A DNA stretch of 62,043 nt, counting the filler, from Rhabdomonas costata (Eukaryota), in assembly GCA_019059605.1 (NCBI GenBank). It is 16 parts of 16 records of this genome, joined end to end, with 100 filler letters (N's around TTAATTAATTAA, not from the genome) between each part and the next. Parts side by side here need not be neighbours in the genome. Positions count along the whole stretch, not along the records: positions 23,304 to 27,082 come from JAHMHO010000526.1; positions 27,183 to 30,958 come from JAHMHO010000527.1; positions 31,059 to 34,856 come from JAHMHO010000528.1; positions 34,957 to 38,730 come from JAHMHO010000529.1; 12 more parts are not named here. The stretch is one strand, 5' to 3'. Numbering within the stretch: the first letter of the stretch is position 1; the number at the start of each line of letters is the position of its first letter. Made by a program: the position numbers and the translations under genes. This document shows positions 25,149-36,514 of the stretch, in pieces. A model generated the notes under the pieces. It had not been told where the DNA came from and did not search any database. It was given only the letters and a program-made list of their open reading frames with translations.

Positions 25149-25998
25149 CTGAGGTGAGAGTGGAGACAGAGCATAAAGGATTGAAAATTTCTTCCTTCAA
25201 AGGGAACCCTGTTAATTCCACTGTCCAGACGAAGGTCGCCTCAGAAGATCCGGGAAGAGGAATACCGTGGCACACCAAGATCCGAAAGTGGCGGCACATT
25301 GAGTGCTCGATATTTAAGATATGTGCGACGGACAAGATGGACAAGATGGGCTTGAAGGTGGTCAAAAGGTGGTGTCGAAAGAGGTGGGGGTCAATTGTAG
25401 CTGAGTATTGACTTGCTGACAACAGAGTGAATGAGCAAGTGCTGCATTGTGCAACGGTTAGACTTTTTGGTGGTGAATGTGGGAAACGACCGTCAGAGTT
25501 GGGTCATAGGCTGTCGTGGATTGGGTGGGGGGTGCTTGTATGATTTATACTTTGCTGCGACAGCGCCTATTGTTGTGGCCCCATCGTTGGTATGCAAAGT
25601 TACCTTTGCCTGGGAACGGTCGATGGCTTGAAATGACGAAGGCTTGAAATGGAAACAACTTCGTCGAGCTCTGCTCTGGAGGCTGCGAACGAAGTGGAAG
25701 GGAACTTCGAGGAAGGCACAGTCGAAAGCCATGCAGGTGCAATGGGACTTGCTCGCATCCGCCTTTCGTTTTTCTGTGTCCTTATTTTGTCTTCTTTTGT
25801 GAGGTTTCCATGACTGCATTAGCTGCTTTGTAGGGGTAAATTTTCGTTTCTTCCTTTTTTCCACGCCTGCTTGTCTGAGCCGAGTCATGGACAGTGCTGT
25901 TGTAAGCTTCCTGCGAGTTCCTGTGGTTGCTGATGTCGTGGGCATTGATGACCACTTTATCTGGTCGCTGGCAATTAGCTTCCTGACATGTGTAATAA

Positions 25999-26372
25999 AT
26001 GGCAGCAGCCGGTTACATTAACAGCCCTTCTTGCAGCACTGAGCGCATGGTAATCTCTGGAATCTCTGGCTGCCCTTGTTCGGCGGAACCCGAAACAAAG
26101 GTGTAGGGAATTGTTTGAGAGGCTTTTTATCCCAAGGAGGCCCTCCGGCGGACCTTGGCCGCAGGCAGCGGGTGGACCTTCTGGGATTGCTTGCTCGGCG
26201 CCCGCCTGGGAGAGCGCAAGAGCCGCCGGAGCATCGTCCGCGCCTGGTTGGGGTGCAAGCCCCGATGGTGCGGTACTCCCGACTGCCCTTCCGGATGCTA
26301 TGCCGGCGATGGGGGGCGGACATTGCGTACACCCACATGATTGTCGCGGACTCCTTCGTGGTCTCCGAGAAG
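25999..26372 (+). CDS. DUS4: tRNA-dihydrouridine(20a/20b) synthase-like, 5' exons
   Basis: QAPMVRYSRLPFRMLCRRWGADIAYTHMIVADSF matches the DUS4 APMVRYS motif; exon 26137-26372 ends at GTGAGC; a 13-nt start exon 25999-26011 (MAAAG) is phase-compatible but tentative. Confidence 0.85.
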
Positions 26373-27182
26373 GTGAGCCCAAGGTGACACTTTGGGACAG
26401 TTTGTAATGTTGGTAAGCCTTCAATGGCGTCTTGAGTTTTGAGACTTTGTGAGTTGTGAGTGATTCACGCGCAATCCTGTACACCGTGTCCCCCGACTTG
26501 GTAGACTATACCAAACAAATGCATTTCTGGATATCGGGGGGTGAGGCAGATTTTTTTTACTGGTGGAGGCCATGCGCCGCGGCAATGAGGCCAGTCATGA
26601 CCTGCGTGGGAGTATCATGCAAAACTTTGGTTTTTGAGGTGACACAGTCACGTTCTTTTTTGATTTGTTGGGGAAGAAGCACGCGGGATAAGGGAATTGC
26701 GCATGTACCCACTTGATGTTTTCCTTTGCTTTTGGTTTACTTTTATTCACTTTATTTACTGAGCCAGTGCCCTCAATGTGATGATTTCGGAGTTGTGTTG
26801 ACGTTGAAGCCTCCTTTCTGCGTCAGGCGTTTTTGGTTTTGGGGGTGCGATACACTCCGCTTTTATTGCTGGTGTGTGGGAGGCGTCTTTTGCGCATAAG
26901 TCTATAACGTGGTACAGAGGAAATGTGCACGTTGGATTCAAACACACACGTGCACAGTGCACGAGTGCCCACCTGGCAGCATCCCCACCCCACACCAACT
27001 TCACGGTGCCCCGCTTACAGGCGCGTTCCGCCGACTTCGCCACAGCAAAACCAAGGGGAAAAGGACTTCGTCAAAACCACAANNNNNNNNNNNNNNNNNN
27101 NNNNNNNNNNNNNNNNNNNNNNNNNNTTAATTAATTAANNNNNNNNNNNNNNNNNNNNNNNNNNNNNNNNNNNNNNNNNNNN

Positions 27183-30100
27183 TCGGTTCCTTCGCCGAGT
27201 CCTCCTGTGCCGCTCTGGTGATTGCCAGCTGCGACCCTGGCCTGGCCTCCAACTGGTCCAGCATGATGTACCCCCTGCTGATCACCTCCACGGGTTCGCC
27301 TCCCAAAGTTTTCTGTTTTACTACACACCAAAACCGTGAAAGAAATTTCCAGGCAGATGAAATTTTGAGTTTTTTGTCTGGTCTGACCTGGCTTCACATT
27401 TCGAACAGGAATCTTCACCTGCATCGTCTCCACGCTCGTGGCCACCAACATCAGCCCGGCTCGCTCCAAGGCCGAGATCGAGCCCTGCCTGAAGCAGCAG
27501 CTGATGGTGTCCACGGTGCTTTCCACGGTGACCCTGCTGGTGATGTCGCTGGTCTGCCTGCCTTCGACCTTCAACATGTATGCCCAATTTGCCATCTTAG
27601 TCGGACTCCGCAGCCTTTTTCTGCACCTTCTCCTCCTGCCTATCCCCCGCTCAGGTACTTCATGAACGGGCAACAGTATCAGGTGAAGAACTGGTATTGC
27701 TTCATCGCCGTTGCGGGTGGCTTGTGGGCTGGACTGGCGATCGGCTACATTACGGAGTACTTCACCTCCAACCAGTACACGCCTGTCCGCGAGGTTGCGG
27801 AGGCCTGCACCACCGGTGCCGCGACCAACGTGATCTATGGGCTCGCCCTCGGGTTCGTTCCCCCTTTCTTTTGACGAACATAAGCGTTTTTTTTGCACCC
27901 GGTCGGGTGAAGTGTCGACCAAAACCTTCGTTCACGATTTAGCTCACGGTTTTCATCCTGACGGAAGGGTGACGAACGTGACTTCCTCACACAGGTACAA
28001 GAGCGCGATTATCCCCTGCATTGCCCTGGCGCTCTGCATCTGGATTGGCTACAACATGTGCGGAGTGTTTGGTGTGGTGTTGGTGTTTTCGCTTTTGTTT
28101 TCTTCGTCATCAAAAACGGCAGTGCAGCTGCTGGACATAACATTCACAGGTAGAGCGCGAGAAGAGCTGAGGGGGTCAAAACAGAGGAAAACAAAGGAAG
28201 GAAGGAAGCAGGGAACAAAGATGTGAGAATTGCGCAAAACGACAGAGGATGAAGTGGGAAAGTAGCGGGTAATGAAATGGGGGTTGGAGGCGAACAGACT
28301 TGCAACTATAAAAGCATGACTATTAAAATCTTTCTGGCCTTTGGCTTTTGTTCAGTTTCATCTGAAAACGTCTCCTAACTGTGGAATCCATACTGCGCTT
28401 TTTAGCGGTGTCGAAGGGCACACACAGTAATGGGTGAGGTCAGTCACCAAAAGTATTCGTTTTCTCTTGCAGGAAACTGGAACTTTCAGTGAAGCTTTGT
28501 TTTCATGCCGACTGAGACTGTTTTGCTCACCACGTGCAGGTATTGCTCTGGGCGCCCTGGGGATCCTCTCCACCATGTCAATTGCCCTGACGATCGACGC
28601 GTATGGACCGATCAGCGACAACGCGGGTGGGATTGCTGAGATGGCGGAGATGGGGGAGGAGGTGCGCACCCGCACCGACGCTCTGGACGCTGCCGGGAAC
28701 ACTACGGCTGCGATTGGGAAGGGCTATGCCATCGGCTCTGCGGCGTTGGTGTCCCTGGCGCTGTACGGTGCCTTCCTGACTCGCGCCTACACCGAGAACA
28801 ACTTTGGCAAACCTGTGCACGTCAACGTCATTGACCCCCGCACCTTCTTCGGGCTGCTCATTGGTTGGCTTTCTCTCTCTTCTATTGCCATTCATTCAAT
28901 TTCTCGTCCCATTGATTCCACACCGCTTCCTCTTGCTTCAGTTGCATTGTTTTTTTTTTGTTTTCAGAACTACTCGTTTGCAAGGGGCACTTGCTGTGAA
29001 AAGCTTCCGGTTTCGAAGTGATTTCCGATTTTTTCGCCCGATTTTCGAGCATTGAGGATGAGATTGAATCTCAAGTGCATGTTCTTTGCTTGCGCAGGTG
29101 CCATGCTCCCCTACTGGTTCTCCGCCCTGACGATGAAGTCTGTCGGCACGGCTGCGATGGCCATGGTTAGGGAGATCCAGAGGCAGTTCAGGACCATCCA
29201 CGGCCTCATGGAGGGCACAGGTAGGTGGTCAACTTCGTACTGCATGCCAGGAGGACGGAGTCAAGAAATCGTGGTCAGCAGTCATTTCCACAATTCATAA
29301 TGTTCCTCAATTGTGATTGTCTGTTCCATTGTTATTTTGTGGCTGAGGTTTCATTTTGACTTGGTGGGATTGGTTGGATGATTGGTGGGATTGGTTGCTG
29401 AGTGAATTTCGTTATCCCTTGGATTTTCAGCGAAGCCTGAGTACGACAACTGCGTGAAGATTGCCACGGAGGCCTCTCTGAAGGAAATGATCCCCCCGGG
29501 GTGCCTGGTGGTGCTGTCCCCGATCGTGTTCGGGATCTTCTTCGGCAAGGAGGCCCTGGCTGGGCTGCTGCCTGGCGCGATGACCTCCGGGGTGCAGATG
29601 GCTATCTCCGCTTCTAACACCGGTGGGGCCTGGGACAATGCCAAGAAGTACATCGAGAGCGGAGGGCTGGCGGGCCACGCTAAGGGCTCGGAGGTGTGTG
29701 GACTGATGCACAAAACACATGGATATTTTGCGCGGCACCGTGCTGGGCAACAATTGTAAAACAACACAGGGACAAACGAGTCTCGTGCTAGTGCTCGTGC
29801 GACGTGAGAACCGCAGTTAGGTTATATCAGTGGTACATTGGTCTTGTAAAGGAACCCAACCCAAGGAAAAAATGGGCACATTCTCGCGTACTCGCAGTGA
29901 GACGTGCGCGGTCGCAGGCGTTGAATGCATTCTTGAAGTCGAATTGCAAGACTACTTACAAGGTGTCCCGGGATTCTTGGAGGAAGTTAGATAACCTATC
30001 TGTAGATCAAGCCATTTTTCTCTCTCTCTCAGGCGCACAAGGCAGCTGTTTGCGGTGACACCATTGGGGACCCAATGAAGGTATGTTCCCACCTCCACTC

Positions 30101-30563
30101 GTCTGGTTTCATGTGGCAAAGCGAAGAGGGCGCACCTGTCACCTGATCACTCACCTCATTGCCACGTGAACTGACGTTTCGAAACGTCTGGCTGCAAAGG
30201 CGAACGTGGAACCAACCGAGACGAGGAACCTTGGGACCCTTTGCAAAGAAAAACCAAAAATCCTTGTGACTCATGTTTAGTGTTAAGTCATCTCGCCATC
30301 TCGCCACTGCATCCCGCCACGCTCTCACCCACAATCATCAATTCAACCACTACTGCGTGTAATAATGGTGGTCATACGGCCTGTTTTGAGGCATTATGGT
30401 CATGCAGGATACCTACGGACCCGCGCTGAACATCCTGGTCAAGCTGATGGCCATCATCAGCGTGGTGTTTGCTCCAGTGGTGGCGGATAAGCAGTTTGGT
30501 GGGTTGCTCTTTGACCAGCTGCTGTCCGCCTGGGGGCAGAAGGATGCCCCGGCTATGGACTAA
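27183..30563 (+). CDS. VP1: Membrane H+-translocating pyrophosphatase, K+-dependent (AVP1/VP1 type), C-terminal portion
   Basis: Nine exons (27183-27293, 27409-27577, 27655-27852, 27995-28071, 28540-28863, 29098-29220, 29431-29693, 30033-30080, 30408-30563), all GT-AG and in phase: [98 protein letters not shown] (Ala) marks K+ dependence. Confidence 0.97.
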
Positions 30564-31058
30564 AGTGGGGAAAGCGGAGTGAGGCGGGTCGGGGGAGTGC
30601 TTTAGTCGGAATCCGTTTTCGTTTCTTTACGTCGGTACCACTATCTTCGTCTGCTTGTATATAGGAGGCCGTCTCTTTTGGTCGAACAAAGGACCTCCAA
30701 GGCAGCTGTGTAACGTTGATAATCGTTCGAGACGCCTGAGTCTTGTGGAAGGTCGTGGTGGATATATACGAGGTACGCAAGGCTACTACCTGCACCCGTC
30801 CCAGAAATGGACCTTGGACCTTGGAAATGACCTCATAGCCACGAGGGTAGGCGGGGGGGCAACACTGTTGAGGACGCTCTCGCGGATGTTGGTCGACTGG
30901 CGGGCCAGCAAGGAGGTTCTTGACTGCGAGAGCGTCCTCAACAGTGTTACCCCCCCCCNNNNNNNNNNNNNNNNNNNNNNNNNNNNNNNNNNNNNNNNNN
31001 NNTTAATTAATTAANNNNNNNNNNNNNNNNNNNNNNNNNNNNNNNNNNNNNNNNNNNN

Positions 31059-31260
31059 GCCCTTTTTCGAATTTTGTCCTTTTTTGAAATTTGTCCTTTT
31101 TCGAATTTTGTCCTTTTTTGAAATTTGTCCTTTTTTGAATTTTGTCCTTTTCGAATTTTGTCCTTTTCCGAATTTTGTCCTTTTTTGAAATTTTTCCTTT
31201 TTTGAATTTTGTCCTTTTCGAATTTTGTCCTTTTCCGAATTTTGTCCTTTTTTGAATTTG
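31059..31260 (+). repeat. Minisatellite of ~16-18-bp units (C/T)GAA(A)TTTTGTCCTTTT(TT), about 11-12 copies
   Basis: Read directly; related units recur at 34758-34810. Confidence 0.92.
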
Positions 31261-32314
31261 TGCACCAAACGCATCCGAAAGGTCCATCCCGGAGTCCCTT
31301 TTGAATGAATGAATGAATGATACAGAATGATACACACGGGTGCCGACTACCACCACTAAAACCATAACTAGTGCGAACTTCGAACACCCCGCGAATTCAC
31401 AACACGTCCACTCACCAACCGCTCCCATTCTTTTCGCAGAGATCACCATAGACAGCTTAAAAGAGTTGTCCTGGTTCCACACCGCACTGTCCCTACGTGG
31501 GGAGATCCGGGAAGTTCGCAACTAACCGCGAAGTTCTATTGCTAGAGTTGATTTCTTTTGTTATTTGTGGTGCTTTAGTACTTTCTTGTTCTATAAAGAC
31601 AAATGTATTCATTATTCCGGCAGAGACGCAAGCAAGCCGAAGCGCCCTTAAAGGAGAAGAACACTGGGGAAAACGAAATAGGATGGAGAAAAAATACGGA
31701 CCCAAAAGAAAGCAACTTTCCATTTGTATTAAAGGTCAGCAAATTAGACATCGCACCACCTTAGCTGTGTTCGACATATCCACTCTGAAATATGGTAGTT
31801 TCAATTCGTATTCTCACTCTAAAATGAGGGTAACTTCACAGTTCCAATAAAAACAACCGATAATCAAATCTTTATTTCCAGAGCCATTACCCCCTCGTAT
31901 CGTGTTTAATTAAAGCTTTCCAGCAGCATTACATGAGTTTATCTTCTTCCAAAGATCGGAAGAAAATACTTACTGTATGCCTTGGAATGTGCTGGAAAAG
32001 GTAGCAAAATTGGTTCGGCTGGTATGCAATCAAATGAGATGAATGAAAGCAGCGCACGAAATTCAGTGCGCAGAAGGTTTTTCTGGTCACACCTGGGAGT
32101 TTTGTTTTACTGCCACTATCCTGTCTCATATGTGACCATACAGCATCTGGGTTTCGAACTTTAGGGGTTCCTTCCAAAAACCTTCCAAATCCTCCTATTG
32201 GCCTCACGTGCCTTTGCCACAAATTCTACGGATTGAGAAAAAGGACAGCAAAACAAAAACTCACACAGATCACAATCGCAAATGGGTAACCGCAATTTGT
32301 TTAAATAATCGGCA

Positions 32315-32521
32315 TTACTTTAGAATTGTACCCACGGCCAGGAACCCTAACCCTAACCCTAACCCCCAAAGGTAACGTCAAAGAAGCCAATAAACACATG
32401 TCACTGAAAGTAGCCGTCTCGGATGTGCTCACATAGGGCAATAAAAGGGTCCAAGGAGCCGATGTTGCTCCTCATCTCAAAAAAGAACCTGAAGACAGAG
32501 GTGGGTACAATTCTAAAGTAA
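32315..32521. repeat. 21-bp inverted repeat pair enclosing interstitial (CCCTAA)3; MITE- or Helentron-like
   Basis: TTACTTTAGAATTGTACCCAC at 32315-32335 and its reverse complement at 32501-32521; AACCCTAACCCTAACCCTAACCC at 32343-32365. Confidence 0.65.
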
Positions 32522-32779
32522 CGCCAAATAATCTTAAATAGGAAGAAATCAGTGAAAGTGCACTTTTGATGGCTCTTCGTTCCTTTTCCGGTGGAAAAGA
32601 AACGAAGAGCCAAAGAAAGAACGTGGAAGCTTCCATCTTGTAGTGAGCATCAAAACAACAAAATCAATACACTAAGTTCTCAGGGTATCAAAGCCCCACC
32701 CAGTTGACAGCTATGTTTGCACCCTCCAATTTATATAGATCACATTGCAGAGACAAGTAGTGCCATTTAAAAAATCATT

Positions 32780-33880
32780 CACATCCTGGCACGCAAAAAT
32801 GCTGTGAAGGACTCTCTTGGATGTTTTCTTGAATCTTTCCTTAACATGCACGATTATGTATCACTGATTTACATTAATCAATGAAATCTATTTTTGCATC
32901 AAAAGTAAGTGACCAGCTTCAAACGTCGCTTTGAAACCTTCAAGATGAGGAATCTTGCAGCAGTATGGCACGGAGAGTTGTTTGATTAAGTTTCAGTACG
33001 TTGAATGGAATGAGGGAGGCATGCTGAAATTGAGTTGCATACAATGCAAACTTACTACAAAAGCGACTGTCAATATCTCTCTTTTCTGCCCTCTTTCAGT
33101 CAGCCCCGTCTTTTCAAACAACTTTTCGCTTCGAAAGAAACCCGTTTTTCGTCTTTTCAAAACTACTTGCAGGATGTCTATAGTTGCAAAACGTGTTTTG
33201 CACCACACTGCCGTTGCAATCTGAGGCATCTCATTGCAACGCATTGCAGTTTGATAATAACATGACATTTTATCAGAGCCTTTTTTATACCTTTTTTCGA
33301 AGTCAAAATGCGCGAATCCAAATATACACCCATGCTTCTCAGACCGTCTGCTTGGCTTCAAATATGGTTTGGTAGAGAAAAAATATGATCTAGAATCCAG
33401 ATGTGCGCATTTTTCTCTTCGGTACTAAGATCTGACTTAATCCAATTTTAGGTTTTCAAGCAACAAACTTTCTGACATTTTACATGCAAAGCACATTTTC
33501 GTGGTGATTTATAGAGAAGGCAGGGTTCTTATGGAAAAAAGAATAATAGAATTCACACTTCGAAACAATAAATTGCAAATAGTTCATCTCCATACTAGCA
33601 ACAGATCTTGGGCCATAAACAGAATTTCCCCAGCATATTCTCAGAAACTTCTACCCATCAATGGCTTGTCTGGATATTCAACTGGACCATCATAGTTCCA
33701 TCATAGACCATTAAAACAGCACAACAAAGACTAATCAGCAGTGCGACCATGTTTTCCCACACAATGCCGCACAAATTAGGTTTGCCATTGAAACAATGCG
33801 GCGCATTGGCACACACCTCACGTTCAAACAGACAACTCAAACAATGTGCCCATTCTGACGCTGGAGGCTTCAGGTCACAT
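32780..33880 (-). pseudogene. Possible degenerate SET-domain gene
   Basis: Collinear fragments: Cys-rich stretch (HCLSCLFEREVCANAPHC), GRSF*EYAGEIL (~33640-33620), RSYFF then VYLDS after a frameshift (~33390-33310), IFACQDV (~32800-32780). No NHSC motif seen. Confidence 0.3.
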
Positions 33881-34757
33881 GCAATTATACTTGAAAGGGA
33901 AGGGGTTCCGGCAGGTGGAAATCACAATACCCATCGCAAACAGACAACAAAAGCCAGTTCAAGCACGCTTAGGTGGTGTGGGTCACACTTATCACATTAG
34001 AAAAGCGTGCGCGTCAACCAGCCAAACCTCCACGGCAAGCAGCCATGAAAACTCATTGCCAAACGCAGAACATGCTAGTTTCAGTTTTGTTAGCACACCT
34101 GCAAAGATGAGGCTAGATAAAAATAGTTTCTTAGACGTCTGCTTTTACAAAAGGCTCCGATCGCAGCAATTGACATCAAAAAGATTAAATGCCGCACGCT
34201 GCGATGTCTTGCCTCTTCCTTGCCTTTGGTCCAGATGCCATCACCATAACTACCTTTGACGACCCTTCATCACAGTATATATGTAAATTCGGGCTACGCC
34301 GATGGACGTGCCGCTTATTCGATACCCGTTTGGCGGAGTCGATTTGGCAAGTCCGGTTCTCTGAATTAATTCTTCTAATCGCAAGCACCGTTCGCGATCC
34401 CATGCAGAATTGATGACTCGAGTAGTTTCTTTGGGATGTGTCACTAAATAAAAACACATCCTCCCTTTGTTGGTAAACTCAGAGGATCCAAATTTGTTTA
34501 AAATTAAATGAACGTGTACTATCATCATACACAGCAATGCGACAACAATCTTTCTTACTAAAAGACAGATTACTACACATAAGAAATCGATGAACAGAGG
34601 ATTTCACGACTCAAAAGCAGCGCGGCAAGAACACAGCCCTTCCAACCGCTGTTCTAAAACGTCCCTTTTCATTCTCTGAATTCCGTACCTTGTTTAAAGA
34701 ATACGTCGAGTTTAGAGAATACTTCCAAAGTTGGATTTTCTTGATGTCAGGTATTTG

Positions 34758-34847
34758 TTGAACTGTCCTTTTTTGAACTTTGCCCTTTTTCGAATTTTGT
34801 CCTTTTTTATTTTTGAAAAAGGGCAAAGTTCAAAAAAGGACAGTTCA
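34758..34847. repeat. Minisatellite units plus 33-bp fold-back at contig end
   Basis: 34759-34791 is the reverse complement of 34815-34847; followed by a C/A tail. Confidence 0.85.
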
Positions 34848-34984
34848 CCAAACACCNNNNNNNNNNNNNNNNNNNNNNNNNNNNNNNNNNNNNNNNNNNN
34901 TTAATTAATTAANNNNNNNNNNNNNNNNNNNNNNNNNNNNNNNNNNNNNNNNNNNNTGTGGTGAAGAAAGGGGAAGTGGCAAGT

Positions 34985-35444
34985 GCTAGCATCCCCTTTC
35001 TTCCCCAAACTTACATTCTTGAATGTGAGTTTCAATCTGATCGGAGATGAGGGAATGCAAGCACTTGCCACTTCCCCTTTCTTTACCACGCTTACCTCCT
35101 TGGCTGCGAGTTACACTGATATCGGGGCGGCGGGAATTCAAGCACTTGCCGCTTCCAGGTTCTTTCCCAGAATAACCTATCTGAACCTGGGCAGCAATCA
35201 TTTTTCTTTCGCGAGCGATGCAGGACTGAAAGCACTGGCAGCTTCCCCTTTCTTCGGAAACCTTTACACCTTGGATCTGAGCGAAAATGACATCGGCGAT
35301 GCTGGAATGCAAACACTTGCATCTTCCTCTTCCTTCCCCAGGCTCACCTCCCTAAACCTGAGCGATAATCAGGTTGGGGCTGAGGGAATGCAAGCACTTG
35401 CCGCTTCCTCGTTCTTCCCCAACCTTACCGTCCTTACCTTGTAA
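34985..35444 (+). CDS. C-terminus of RI-like LRR protein with 28-aa repeats, no introns in this segment
   Basis: About five repeats of the type FPxLTxLNLSxNxIGDEGMQALAASPF, ending at TAA 35442-35444. The first ~27 nt of the contig are a fold-back copy of 35060-35086. Confidence 0.9.
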
Positions 35445-36514
35445 AATGTAGGTGCCAGTAAGATGGGATTTTGGCATGCAGCACAATGCCATCTCCTCAG
35501 ACCTCTCTCTATTTGGCGCGCTTTCAGCGTCATTCGCTCAATAAAACTGTTGCAGTGTTGGACCCCCACTTGAGGTAAGAATAGGGAGCAGGAGGCTGGA
35601 CGGCTCTTTAGTACCTGTACCCGTGTTCTCCAAACCTCGCTTACGTCCCTGTCAACCTCATTCATTTGCCTTTGCTATGCGTGCACGTGTGCATTTTACG
35701 ATTCCACCGTTTCGTTCCTGCCTGCCTCCTTTTTTCTATATACTGCTGTTCTGTGTGGAGGACATTGGCATTTGCCCTTTCTGTACATGCAGTGGGTTGA
35801 TCCAAGGGGAAGATGATCCCGAAACGAAGCGAAGTGAGTTTCGAGTTACGAGTAGTAAGTTGAGTATACTCGGCCAAGCAAAAAAATGTCTATGTGTGTT
35901 TGTACCCACCTATTGGCGCTTTCATTTCTTGCTAAATCGTTTTTTATGACATAAAACGAAGTTGACGAGTTGAAATCGAAAAGGGTGGTCGCCCCCCCCC
36001 TTTTTTATTTTTTTTGGGGGGGGGGGGTTCGCCGAACGCGTCGATGCATCGTAACGACCGTTTTCACGCAGATTTCACGTCAAAATGGGATGGGTCTGTT
36101 TAAGTCGTACAGCATGCGCTTCATTTCCGGAGCAAAAGCAGCGGAGCTGAACAGAACACAGATAAAAATTGCGGGTGCTGCTTGAATGGGGCGAATAATC
36201 ATGGAAAATACTAGCAACCCTCAAAAGGAAGGACCGAGGTACTCATTGAAGTTTGCCTTGCGGCAAAGAAAAAGGACCCAGTTGTGTTTGTACCCGCAGG
36301 TAGTCTGGTGGATTCTGGCCATAACTCGTAAATGCTAGGCTGGCTGATGCGGGCAGGATCGGCGCAACCTTGTCCAAGTTACATGCGCTGGTTGAGACCT
36401 AGTTTTAGGTTCGCTCCGCAGCAACCAAATTCACCTCGGCCGCCAATAATGCAAGGGACTTCCATGGGGTCAGCACCAGCGCGCACATTGTGTGCAGGCT
36501 GCGTATTTTTATAG

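Noticed and set aside
31003..31521. Lys-rich repeat proteins (KKDKIRKRTKFE...)
   Set aside because: Translations of the minisatellite, open in several frames.
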